Shown here in pieces: positions 9,845-19,600 of a DNA stretch of 64,000 bases. Origin of the DNA: Eubacteriales bacterium (GTDB lineage Bacteria > Bacillota > Clostridia > Oscillospirales > CAG-272); the NCBI GenBank assembly GCA_045132775.1, contig JBGUSX010000141.1, forward strand, positions 543-64,542. Direction: 5' to 3'. The notes below the pieces were generated by a model. The model was given only the letters and a program-made list of their open reading frames with translations, was not told the DNA's origin and ran no database searches. A program made the position numbers and the translations under genes. Positions within the stretch are counted from its first letter, which is position 1. Each line of letters opens with the position of its first letter.

Positions 9845-10723
9845 ATGAGCTTTACAACACGGCCTATAAAAAAGGAGATTGAGATCGAGGGATTCAACAG
9901 TATTTATTATTTTGAGTTCTGTAAGGATTTTTCTCATCCGCCCGAGAGACACGATTTCTGGGAGCTTGTTTACGTTGACAGCGGGGAGATCAATGCGGTC
10001 ACGGACGGAATAGGCAGAACGCTCTCGCAGGGTCAGGTGATCTTTCACAAGCCGATGGAGCTTCACGCGCACGTATCCAACAAGATCGTTCCAAACAGTA
10101 TGCTTGTTGTTTCATTTACGTGCAGAAGTCCGGCAATGGATTTCTTTGATAAGAAGATATTTACACTTGGGAACACACCGAAAACCTTGCTGACTTTATT
10201 TATCAATGAGGCGAAAAACGCGCTTGGAAGTGTACCGAATGAATATGCTGATAAGGATCCGCTTGACTTTTCGTCAGCACCGTTCGGCTCGCTCCAGCTT
10301 CTTGAATGCTATCTGACCGAGTTTCTTCTGACACTTAAACGCAGTGACAGCGACACAGCAAGCAAGGCGGTCAGAAGTGAGGACAGCCGCACGCTTGCAC
10401 ACAGCTCAATAGTTGAGCTTATGATTGCGTATCTTGAAGAGCGTATTTACGATACCGTGACGCTTCCTGATCTTTGCTCGCGTTTTTATATGGGTAAAAC
10501 ACAGCTTTGCGCACTCTTTGGCGAGCACGTCGGCATGGGACCGATGGAATACTATTATTCGCTCAAGATATCGAGGGCGAAAAAGCTCTTGCTTGAAGGG
10601 GTTTCGGTGAGCAAGATATCAGATATGCTTGGGTACTCGTCGATACATATTTTCTCGCGTGCCTTCAAAAAAGCGGTCGGAGTTCCACCGACGGAATATA
10701 AAAAGAAGATACTTGCACAGTAA
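9845..10723 (+). CDS. AraC-family transcriptional regulator
   Basis: ORF 9824.. trimmed to the ATG at 9845 behind AGAGGGGGGAAG. C-terminal HTH (ISDMLGYSSIHIFSRAFKKAVGVPPTEYKK). Confidence 0.85.
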   Translation: MSFTTRPIKKEIEIEGFNSIYYFEFCKDFSHPPERHDFWELVYVDSGEINAVTDGIGRTLSQGQVIFHKPMELHAHVSNKIVPNSMLVVSFTCRSPAMDFFDKKIFTLGNTPKTLLTLFINEAKNALGSVPNEYADKDPLDFSSAPFGSLQLLECYLTEFLLTLKRSDSDTASKAVRSEDSRTLAHSSIVELMIAYLEERIYDTVTLPDLCSRFYMGKTQLCALFGEHVGMGPMEYYYSLKISRAKKLLLEGVSVSKISDMLGYSSIHIFSRAFKKAVGVPPTEYKKKILAQ

Positions 10724-10729
10724 AAAAGT

Positions 10730-10761
10730 CCTTCCCGTGTCGATTGACGGGAAGGGCTTTT
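10730..10761. terminator. Bidirectional terminator hairpin
   Basis: CCTTCCCGT...ACGGGAAGG followed by GCTTTT, between convergent genes. Confidence 0.6.
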
Positions 10762-10765
10762 AACG

Positions 10766-12256
10766 TTATTTCATTGCTTTTTCGATTGCGGCGACGAGCT
10801 CGTCACGAGTCACTTTGCCGTCAAAGCGATCTGTTATTACACCGTTACCGTCAATGACGATAGTTACAGGAAATGCGCTCATCTTGAACAATTTTTGACA
10901 ATTTCCGCCTTCATCGTATGCCACTAGCAAGGTGCCGTCTTTCCAATTCAGGTTTTCGCTGTTAGCATCTATCCAGCCTGCAATGTCAAGTCCGGGCCAA
11001 TAAATATGCGTTGCGACAACGGTGACCTTGTTTCCATACTCGGCTGCTACGTCATAGAAATGAGGTAATTCTTCAAGACACGGCGTGCATGTCGTATACC
11101 AGAAGTTGAGCACGGTGACACGTCCCTTGTTCTCTTTGACAGAGAATGTGCCATCTTCCAGAACGAGCGGAAGGGTTATGTCCGGACAGCTGTCGCCGAT
11201 GGCTACACCTACGGGTGGCTGATTTCTTCCATCTATGAAGTTATAATAGATAAGTGTAGAGGAAAGGACAACCACCATAAGAATTGCCACTACTGCTTTT
11301 ATTATCTTATTGCGTTTGACAATTTTTTTGTTTTTCTCGTCTCTTGCAAGCTTTGCCTCTTCGTCATCGTGCGCGGGCTCGGGGTCGGTGTTTATCATAA
11401 ACTTCGAGCCCTTCCAGCTTATCGCGCTTGTAGGACAGGAATCGATACACTCGCCGCAGTTGATACATTCGATATCTCCAACGTGGCGAATGTCCATTTT
11501 ACATTTATTTATGCATATACCGCAATCGGTACAGCTTTTCTTGTCGACCTTTACTCCGACCAAGGATATCTTATTGAAAAATCCGTAGATAAGTCCAAGA
11601 GGACAGAGAAAACGGCAGAAAAATCTGAAGATGAACACGCACGCGACGAGGAAGGACACCATAAGTGCAAACTTCCAGGTGAAGAGCGGTCCGAGCATAC
11701 GGAGATAGCTCTCGTTTACGCTGTTTGACAAAAGTCCCATTGCGCCCTCAAGCGTTCCTGCGGGGCAGATGTATTTGCAGAATGCGGGGAGGGGGAAGTT
11801 TCTCGTTGCGTACGCAAGCGGTACGAGGAATACGAAAAACACGAGTATCACGTACTTCAAAAATGAGAGGACACGTGTAAACCTGTTCTTTTTGAGCTTA
11901 GGAGTAGGGATCTTATGTAAAAGCTCCTGGATGAGCCCGAAGGGGCAGAGGAATCCGCATATCCAACGTCCGAAGATCAAGCCGTAGAGCATAATGATTC
12001 CAAATATGTAATACGGAGTGGTCTTTTTGCTTGCTGAAAGTGCGTTTTGCAGAGAGCCGAGAGGGCATGCGCCCGAGGCTCCGGGGCAGGAATAACAATT
12101 AAGTCCCGGGGTGCAGATGCTTTTGAGGGAACCTGTATATATCTGTCCTGTTACAAATCCCTTGATGTTTGCGTTGAAGAGGAGTGCCGCATAGAGCTGG
12201 ATGAGCTTTCTTTTTGAGGGGCGGTGTGCTTTGAACCAATTTATTATTTTTTTCAT
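10766..12256 (-). CDS. Membrane polyferredoxin (NapH/MauN-like 4Fe-4S protein) fused to a C-terminal TlpA-like thioredoxin domain
   Basis: N-terminal CYSCPGASGACPLG, several TM segments, and two ferredoxin motifs (CTDCGICINKC and CINCGECIDSC). These are followed by a TM helix and a redoxin domain with the FWYTTCTPC active site. Confidence 0.8.
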   Translation of the reverse strand: MKKIINWFKAHRPSKRKLIQLYAALLFNANIKGFVTGQIYTGSLKSICTPGLNCYSCPGASGACPLGSLQNALSASKKTTPYYIFGIIMLYGLIFGRWICGFLCPFGLIQELLHKIPTPKLKKNRFTRVLSFLKYVILVFFVFLVPLAYATRNFPLPAFCKYICPAGTLEGAMGLLSNSVNESYLRMLGPLFTWKFALMVSFLVACVFIFRFFCRFLCPLGLIYGFFNKISLVGVKVDKKSCTDCGICINKCKMDIRHVGDIECINCGECIDSCPTSAISWKGSKFMINTDPEPAHDDEEAKLARDEKNKKIVKRNKIIKAVVAILMVVVLSSTLIYYNFIDGRNQPPVGVAIGDSCPDITLPLVLEDGTFSVKENKGRVTVLNFWYTTCTPCLEELPHFYDVAAEYGNKVTVVATHIYWPGLDIAGWIDANSENLNWKDGTLLVAYDEGGNCQKLFKMSAFPVTIVIDGNGVITDRFDGKVTRDELVAAIEKAMK

Positions 12257-12271
12257 CTTCCGTCACCTCGC

Positions 12272-13060
12272 TTATCCGAGACCGATGCACTCGGTACAGA
12301 TGTTGATCGCTTTTATCAGCACGTCCGAAAATCCGCCGTTCGTTATTCCGTCGATTATGAAAACGACAGAAACTACAAGAACTGCGACTCGTATTGCTAT
12401 CATTGTACGGCGTGCTGTCTTTCCGTCCTTTTCGGGTTCGGCATCCGGCTTGTCTTTCTTCGCTCCCGATGCGATCGCGAGCTTCATTTCGGAGATGAGC
12501 TTATCGTGATTCGTACTGTCGAGGTATGAGAGGGTGATTTGCGATGCGGCTGATATCAGCGCGCAGGGAAGGATGAGGAGGCATGCGCGGATTACGCTTT
12601 CGTTATACTCCGTGGTGTAGCTTGACGGCAAAAGCACGTATATCAGTGCAGGGATAAATGCCGTCACGGAGACGGCGATGAAGATCACGCGCGTGATGAG
12701 GATGCGTTTTTTTGCCTCTTTCAAGGCGCGTAAGGTTTCGTCCGTACACTTTGAAATATCGAGCCTCTTTTCAAGTCTTTCGGAGATTTTTTTCTTGTTC
12801 GCAACGGCTTTTTGCGGTTCGCTCTTATGCGTGACAAAAAGGCTTGCAACGGCTCCTATCACAACCACCGCGACAGTCGCGTATATAGGAATTGCAATTT
12901 TTGAGAACGCATTTGAGATGTTTTCGGTTGTGAACGGGCGGTCTCCGAGGTTATATATCGAGATGCAAGAATATATAAGAAATATTCCCGACACCGCCAG
13001 CATCACGGACAAAAGTATCTTGTATGATGCTTGTAAAAATCTTTTGTTTTTTTCTGTCAT
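12272..13060 (-). CDS. Multi-pass membrane protein ending in a CXXC motif (CD1871A-like C-terminus)
   Basis: 262 aa with about 6 hydrophobic segments. The C-terminus is ...INICTECIGLG. It lies 15 nt upstream of the polyferredoxin gene. The CD1871A family name is recalled from memory. Confidence 0.6.
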   Translation of the reverse strand: MTEKNKRFLQASYKILLSVMLAVSGIFLIYSCISIYNLGDRPFTTENISNAFSKIAIPIYATVAVVVIGAVASLFVTHKSEPQKAVANKKKISERLEKRLDISKCTDETLRALKEAKKRILITRVIFIAVSVTAFIPALIYVLLPSSYTTEYNESVIRACLLILPCALISAASQITLSYLDSTNHDKLISEMKLAIASGAKKDKPDAEPEKDGKTARRTMIAIRVAVLVVSVVFIIDGITNGGFSDVLIKAINICTECIGLG

Positions 13061-13160
13061 TTATATTGTCCTTTCGGTGACTGTATATTGCCAATTTATA
13101 TTATAGTATAAAAATCCGATAAAATCAAGAGAAAAAACATTTTTTGGTCGAGGAAAACAG

Positions 13161-13198
13161 AAAAACCCCGTCGGCAAGTGCTTGCCGACGGGGTTTTT
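13161..13198. terminator. Strong bidirectional terminator
   Basis: AAAAACCCCGTCGGCAAG-tg-CTTGCCGACGGGGTTTTT. Confidence 0.8.
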
Positions 13199-13207
13199 CT
13201 TAAACGA

Positions 13208-13672
13208 TCAGTTTTTGGTCATCACGATAGTTATTGTTTTTGAGCCGTTTTCGAAAGCATATTCAGCTTTCTCTGCGGTGTAACCGTCAAGGTATGCCTT
13301 TACGGTATATTCGGAGAGGTCCTGCTCAACTACGACTGTTCCATTTGCATCGGTGAAGTAGGGAGCTAAGCAGAGGTCTCCGCTGCAAATCTGTGCAAAC
13401 ACGCCCTCAAGTGCGTTGCCCTGTTCGTCAACTACGGTTATCTTATAACCTGTCAGCTCTGTTTCGGGCTGTGTGGGCTCTTCGGTAGGGGCTTGTGTGG
13501 GGGCTTGTGTAGGAGCTTGTGTGGGTGCTTGCGTGGGCGCCTCGGTGGGAGTTGCCTCGGTATTGCTTTCGGTCTCTTTGTTTCCCGAATTGTCGCACGC
13601 GCATACGGTGAGCATTAAGCCGAGCACGAGGCAGACTGTTATGAGAATTCTAAATGTGAGCTTCTTATTCAT
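13208..13672 (-). CDS. Lipoprotein with (APTQ)n linker and a carboxypeptidase-regulatory-like beta-sandwich
   Basis: Signal peptide plus lipobox (LMLTVCAC). Linker APTQAPTQAPTQAPTQAPTEEPTQPE, then YKITVVDEQGNALEGV... Confidence 0.7.
   Translation of the reverse strand: MNKKLTFRILITVCLVLGLMLTVCACDNSGNKETESNTEATPTEAPTQAPTQAPTQAPTQAPTEEPTQPETELTGYKITVVDEQGNALEGVFAQICSGDLCLAPYFTDANGTVVVEQDLSEYTVKAYLDGYTAEKAEYAFENGSKTITIVMTKN
13485..13550 (-). repeat. Coding tandem 12-nt repeat (APTQ x5)
   Basis: GGGGCTTGTGTG-like units read directly, in frame within 13208..13672. Confidence 0.8.
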
Positions 13673-13693
13673 GATTTTTCTCCGTTGTGTAAT

Positions 13694-16516
13694 TTATTCG
13701 TATATTCCGCAGTAGAGCAGCCATGCGTATTCCTGATTGTAGGGTGTGCCGAGCAGCACTCTGTTGAAGATATTTATATCTGCATTTTCACCCCACCAGC
13801 CGCTTCTGCCGCCAAATTCCTGAATTGCCTCCGCGAGCTTTTTGGTCAGGGGTATTCTGATCGGCTCGTCAACGGGTGTCGTGTCGGAGGGCATTCCGTA
13901 CTGGATGAAGAGCTCATTATAACTGCGCTTCTCGGCTACCTTTCCGTTAGCATCGTATATGTATGCTCCCATTCTCTGATTTGCACAGATCGTCTGGATG
14001 CTGCTGATATATTTGCTATCCGACGTAAGATCAATAAATATGATCGGACCGTCAACGCTACCAAGGTGGTAATATCCGTCTGCAGCATTGAATACTGCCG
14101 ATACCGACATATCGGTAAGGTCGATCGCGGTGTATGTTCCGTCCTTTGACTCGGCAAGCTGCTTATTTATCATAGCGTCGTCTTCAAGATAGGGGGTCCA
14201 TGGCTCGTCCTCAAGTCTTGTGCCGGGATCGCCTACGTTCTTTATATTAAGCACGCAGGACTTTGCATTGTCAGACCAGACGGCGAACACCATATCTCCG
14301 CCGATATTTCCCGAATACACACTGAAGGAAAGTCCGTTTTCATATACGCTCATAGTATTGGTGCTGTCGCTGATGTCGGCTCCCTGGATGTAGAAGCTTG
14401 AGCCGTGATAGCTTACCTTGAGCTCGCTATCTGATTCATACGTTATAGTATATATTGCGGCGGTCGTCGGGCGGAAAATGAAAAACGTATAATCGTTAGG
14501 TGTAAGCTGGACGAAGTATGACCCAACGCTTATTTGATGGAGATCGTACTCCTTTTCGATGGGATAGCCTACGAATCCCGTATCAGAGGGCTCGGGGAGT
14601 GCCTCGAAAAGTCTGATAGTCGTGTTTTTCTTATCGGGGGTGAGAACTAGCAGAGATTCGTCATAGTCGTAGCTCTTTTTGAGCATTGAAAGATCGAGCT
14701 CGATGGTGTAATTTCCTCTTGCTATGTCGAGCGTGAGGTATTCACCCTTGTACTGATACATTTTGATCTGGTTGCCATCCTTGAATACCTTTATGATAAT
14801 ATCGCTCAAAGGATTTCCAAGTCCGTCAACGATCCATATTCCGTAAGCCTCGGTCTCTCCGCATCCCGTGCAAACACCGTTTTCAAAGTTATGTCCTGTG
14901 GGAGGGAGGTAGAGCTGTGTTGCAATGGTAGTTGAACATACCGAGCAGACCTTTCCGTCCGATATACCCGATTCGGTACAGGTAGCGGGCTTGCCCAGAA
15001 TAATTTTCTCAGTATGGGCTGCCTTTGCCGTGGGGGTCTGCTCCAGGATGACTGTGGAGCAAACGGAGCATTTCTTTCCTTCGGTAAGACCCGAGGAGGT
15101 GCACGTTGAGGCAATGCCCGGGAGAATCACCTCTGTGTGAGGCAACATCTTGATCACAGTTTGCTCAACGGTGATTTCTTTACATACAAGGCACTGCTTT
15201 CCTTCGGTGAGTCCTTCGGAAGTACAGGTTGCGGCGATGCCCGTGAGCGTTATCTCGGTGTGGGGGAGCTTATCTACAGCATTTTGCTTGACAGTGACTT
15301 CTTTACATACCGAGCACTGCTTTCCCTCGGTAAGTCCTTCCTTTGCGCAGGTCGGGGCGACTGCGGGAAGTGTTATTTCGGTGTGAGGAATGCAAGCAAT
15401 CGATTCGGTCTCGACCGTTTCGCCGCATTCGCAGACGAAGCTGCGGACACCCTCCTTTGTACATGTGGGAGGAACGGATATGAGCCATTCTTTGCCTACG
15501 TGTGTATGACTTGCATCTATCTTTGGGATCGACGCAGTGTTGATCACTTCTTTGCAGCGCGTACATTCTGTGTGTTTTTTACCCTCTGCATCGTTTGTTG
15601 CGGGTACGTCTATTATCCAGTCGCCTTCCTCGTGATCAAGCGCAGGAATGACCTCGGAGGCTACAAGCACGGCATTGCAGACCGAGCAGGTCTTGCCGTC
15701 CGTCATTCCGCTTTCGGTACAGGTGGGCTGATAGCCGTTTACTATCACCTCGGTGTGAGCTGTTTTGGAGATCGCTACTTGTTCAAGAAGGACTGTGTCA
15801 CAGACCGAGCACTTCTTTCCGTCAGTCAGACCTTCCTCTTTACATGTAGGCTGTTTGCCCTTGACAATGACCTCTGTGTGAGCAGTTGCGGGGATGGGGG
15901 ACTGCTCCAGAAGGACCTCATCGCATACGGAGCACTTTTTACCCTCCGTCAAGCCTGGCTCGGTACAGGTCGGGGCAGTTCCTTTGATTACTGCTTCAAC
16001 GTGGCTTGCGATCGGTATTTCTGCCTGTTCGAGAAGAACGGTGTCGCAGACCGAGCATTTTTTGCCGTCCGTAAGTCCTGCAGATGTGCAGGTTGCGGGG
16101 GTGCCTTTTATTATCGTCTCGGTGTGTGCTACCTTTTCCACGGTTTCTGTCATAAGTACGGTGCCGCAATCAAGGCACACGGAATCTCTTGATCCCGTAG
16201 AGGAGCAAGTCGGAGTTTGCGTTACGCTCCAGTCAGTATTTTCGTGGGCACATTCAGTGACGAGTTCCGATGCAGTCTCGGATGCAGTTTCGGATGCAGT
16301 CTCGGATGCAGTTTCGGATGTCATTTCCGATGATGTGGGGGAATTCGACTCGGTCGGATCCTCAGACTCCTCTGCGGAGTCTGTCGGTGCGGTAGAACCG
16401 CTTTCGGAATTCAAAACGGTCTCGCTGCCTGTCTCGCCGTCTCCGATATCGCATGATACCAAAGCTAAAAGGAGGATCAGAGCGCATATAAAGTACACGA
16501 TCTTTCTTGTTTTCAT
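13694..16516 (-). CDS. Large lipoprotein with 11-12 Cys/His-rich 41-aa repeats and a C-terminal domain paralogous to the next gene
   Basis: Signal peptide plus lipobox (LLALVSCD) and a (SETA)n linker. It has repeats of the form HTEVIVKGKQPTCKEEGLTDGKKCSVCDTVLLEQ..., a CarboxypepD_reg-like segment, and a domain containing DGYYHLGSVDGPIIFIDL. Confidence 0.75.
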   Translation of the reverse strand: MKTRKIVYFICALILLLALVSCDIGDGETGSETVLNSESGSTAPTDSAEESEDPTESNSPTSSEMTSETASETASETASETASELVTECAHENTDWSVTQTPTCSSTGSRDSVCLDCGTVLMTETVEKVAHTETIIKGTPATCTSAGLTDGKKCSVCDTVLLEQAEIPIASHVEAVIKGTAPTCTEPGLTEGKKCSVCDEVLLEQSPIPATAHTEVIVKGKQPTCKEEGLTDGKKCSVCDTVLLEQVAISKTAHTEVIVNGYQPTCTESGMTDGKTCSVCNAVLVASEVIPALDHEEGDWIIDVPATNDAEGKKHTECTRCKEVINTASIPKIDASHTHVGKEWLISVPPTCTKEGVRSFVCECGETVETESIACIPHTEITLPAVAPTCAKEGLTEGKQCSVCKEVTVKQNAVDKLPHTEITLTGIAATCTSEGLTEGKQCLVCKEITVEQTVIKMLPHTEVILPGIASTCTSSGLTEGKKCSVCSTVILEQTPTAKAAHTEKIILGKPATCTESGISDGKVCSVCSTTIATQLYLPPTGHNFENGVCTGCGETEAYGIWIVDGLGNPLSDIIIKVFKDGNQIKMYQYKGEYLTLDIARGNYTIELDLSMLKKSYDYDESLLVLTPDKKNTTIRLFEALPEPSDTGFVGYPIEKEYDLHQISVGSYFVQLTPNDYTFFIFRPTTAAIYTITYESDSELKVSYHGSSFYIQGADISDSTNTMSVYENGLSFSVYSGNIGGDMVFAVWSDNAKSCVLNIKNVGDPGTRLEDEPWTPYLEDDAMINKQLAESKDGTYTAIDLTDMSVSAVFNAADGYYHLGSVDGPIIFIDLTSDSKYISSIQTICANQRMGAYIYDANGKVAEKRSYNELFIQYGMPSDTTPVDEPIRIPLTKKLAEAIQEFGGRSGWWGENADINIFNRVLLGTPYNQEYAWLLYCGIYE
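14880..16260 (-). repeat. Array of 11-12 coding repeats of about 123 nt (H-x12-C-x10/11-C-x2-C units)
   Basis: Repeat units counted by eye in the 940-aa translation. Boundaries are approximate. Confidence 0.7.
16267..16322 (-). repeat. Coding tandem 12-nt repeat (SETA x4-5)
   Basis: TCGGATGCAGT(C/T) units, in frame. Confidence 0.8.
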
Positions 16517-16625
16517 ACGTGTTTTCCTTTTCTAGTATTGGACAGAGACCTTATGCTCTGTCGGATTTTACGTTGTGTTGGGTGGCTGTGTAACAGTTAC
16601 AGCCATCCAACAAGAAGTTGTGTTA

Positions 16626-19600
16626 TCAATTATAAGTTGAATTGAGTGTGTCGTAGTAGTAGCAGAGCTTTGTCCATGAATTCTTTACGTTTTTAAACGA
16701 ATATTTATCCATGAGTGCCTGGAGAATCGTTGCGAGATTTTCATCTACCGCGACACATCCTTCAAGCTCGGGGGCATCCTCGCTTGCGGGGATCATCTTT
16801 TCGACGTATGCCTTTACCGCTTCAGTGAGGTCCTTGCCCTCTCCGTGATATTTGCCTGCCAAAACCTCTTCGAGCTTGTACTCTTCAGCCCAATATTCGT
16901 ATTCGTCGCCGAATACCTGCTTGTAGTATTCTCTGCATGCGTCAACATCTCCGCCAAGCTCCTTGAGCTTTCCGAGTACCAGATGGTCGTATTCGTCAAG
17001 CGAGAAGTTGAAGCCACCGAGGTCTATCATTTCAAGTATTGAGTGGGAAATTATAGAGGTAGGGAACTTGAAGTCCGCGTAAACTATCGAGCCGAGTGTT
17101 CCGTCTGCGCGGAGCTCGTGGTAGTAACCGTCGTCGCCGAGCGCTACGTCTATTCCGCCTGCGATGGTCTCATTCATTCCGCCTCCTGCGCTCTCTTCAA
17201 AGGTGAAGTATCCGGGAGAAGCTACCTTGAAGTGATCGTATGACTCTGCGATGTATTTGACAGTAAAGGTAAAGCTTCCTGCAGCGTAAATATCGTAGTA
17301 AGCTATATCAATATAGTAGGTTTTACCTGCCTCGAAATAGTGCACCATCGTAACGTTGGTGGTATCGAGTGCAACACCTGTGTAGGGACGGTCGGTCGTT
17401 TCCGCGGTATAGATTAACTCGCACGCATCATTGAATAACCAGCCGTTTACCTCGTCCTCGCTATTTGATCTTATGATATAAACGCCGCTCTTTTCGGGAA
17501 CGAACTTGTATTTAAGACCTCTGGGCATAATTACTCGTCCGTCGTAGGTTACGGTATTGAGTTTTTCTTCTGTATCCGTAGAGACAAGGGTATCGAATGC
17601 CGCGAAGAACGCAACGCCCTTGACAGGGTCGCCGAGCTGCTCGTTTGTTCCGTATGCGTCGTAATAAACGCATGCCTGGAGCCACTGGAGAGGATTCTCG
17701 GTTTCGTATCCGACTAGCTCTGCGGATTTTTCAAGGATGTCCTTGAGCTCTTCTGTGACGGGGGAGAAGCCGTACATTGTTCCGTTGATAGCGTAGTTAC
17801 AGTAGTCGACGAGCTTGACGTAGAGATCCTCGCCGTTGTATACGAGAGACCCGTTGTAGCCTAAAATATTGAGGGACTCCTCAGACAGCTGTGTTGAACC
17901 CATAAGATCAACGAGTATAAGGGGTCCGTTCGCGTCTCCTACGTGGTAATAGCCGTCCTTTTCGTTATAAACGGGGGTGATATAGTTCTGATATCCGAGA
18001 CCGTTGGGGTTCTTGTTCGTTGCCGCCTGGCGCGGAATGTATGTCGCGGAATCTATCTTGTCTGCGCTGACTTTTCTGATATTTCTGAGATATACCTTGT
18101 CGGTGCCTGTATTGGTAGTATCATCCTTTAAATATACAAGGGAGATCTTGTAAGTTCCGTCCTCCACGGCAACGTAGGGGTAGCAGGTGCTCCAGCTTTC
18201 GCTCACACCGGAGATCTTGTAGATATCCTTACCGTTTACGAGTATATAAAGGATATCAACCGCGAGCTCTGTGTCAGAGAACCAGTCGATAGCAAGCGCC
18301 TCGCCTTTTTTGAGCTCAACGTCTAAATGGATGGTTGCGAATGAAGAATCTATTTCGGAGTTTGCAGGGAAGATACAGGGCTTTCCGTCCTTTTCTCCGA
18401 TCAGGAAGGGCCATGAAAGCTCAGCGTCCTCGGAGTTCTTTTCAGGGTAATACTCTGCGCTGAAGCCGCTTCCGTTTATTGCCGCACCTATTTTATCGGA
18501 TGAGGGCATTTCTACATTAGGTGTTTCGGTGGGGACGAGCTCCTCCAAGGATGTGAAGAGCTTTTGCTCGTAATCCTCTGCCGAGAAGTGCTTGAAAGCG
18601 GATACGAAAGGCTTTTCGCTCGGGATCGCGCCTGCTTCGATCAAGCAGATAACTCCGTATCTGTCGATGAAAATTGAGGTGGGGTATGCGTTTACTCCAA
18701 GTGCCTGTCCGAGTCTTGAGTAGTCCTTGGCAACCGGGAAGGTGAGTCCCATGCTGTCCTTGAATGCCTTGACAGACATATCGTTATCGGTGGGATAATT
18801 ATTGAGTGCTATGACCTCTATATCATCCTTGTATTTTTCATAAGCGGAGACGAGGTAGGGGAACTCGCTGATACAGGGCGAGCAGGTCGAGAACCAGAAG
18901 TTGATGAGCACGCCCTTCTTTTCCTTTAATACCTCGGAAAGTGTAAGGGTGCTTCCGTCGGTGAGGGTGACGGTGAAATCGTGCATGATATCGCCGGCCT
19001 TATAGGAAACTCCCGTAAGATTCGAGTCGGGAATGACCGAGGAGGTGAGCACGATCTCGACGTTGCTACTGTCAAGTGCGTATCTGTCCTCGACGATATA
19101 TCCCTCAAGGGAATTTTTGGGGAGCTCAACGGTATAATTGTCTGCTTTTTCGAGCTGTACCGTTGCTACACCGTTTTCATCGGTCTGTGCATAGCTCTTA
19201 AGGTCGTCATCGACGTAGATAAAGAGTGTCAGATTCGGAATGGGGCGGCCGCCTATTGTCTTTACTGAAATTGTATATTCGCCCTCAGCTTTGTTCGGAT
19301 CCTCTGTCTGATCCTCACTCTCATCTTCCGTGGGGGCAGACGTAGGAGCGTCTGTAGGAGCGGAGGTGGGCTCGTCAGAGGGCTCGTCTGTAGGAGCGAA
19401 GGTAGGCTCGTCAGAGGGCTCGTTTGTAGGAGCTGACGAGGGGGCGTCGGTCGGTTTTGATGATTCGGTTGACGTTGAGTCTGTTTTTTGCGATTCCGAG
19501 CCGCTTTCGGTTGAGCCTTCTCCTGCGTCGATATCGCAAGCTGCAAAGGCGGAGACGAGAAGCAGTACGGTCAGCAAAAGTGCTGTGAGCTTTTTAAGTG

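Noticed and set aside
16541-16610. Hairpins between the 1013-aa and 940-aa lipoprotein genes as terminators
   Set aside because: Stable stems exist (GACAGAG/CTCTGTC and GTTGGGTGGCTGT/ACAGCCATCCAAC). Neither is followed by a U-run on the transcribed (minus) strand. They are more likely intercistronic structures, so I did not list them as terminators.
13485-19433. Short tandem repeats as possible CRISPR arrays or phase-variation tracts
   Set aside because: The units (12 and 36 nt) are contiguous, in frame and encode linker peptides. There are no spacers, and the unit lengths are multiples of three.
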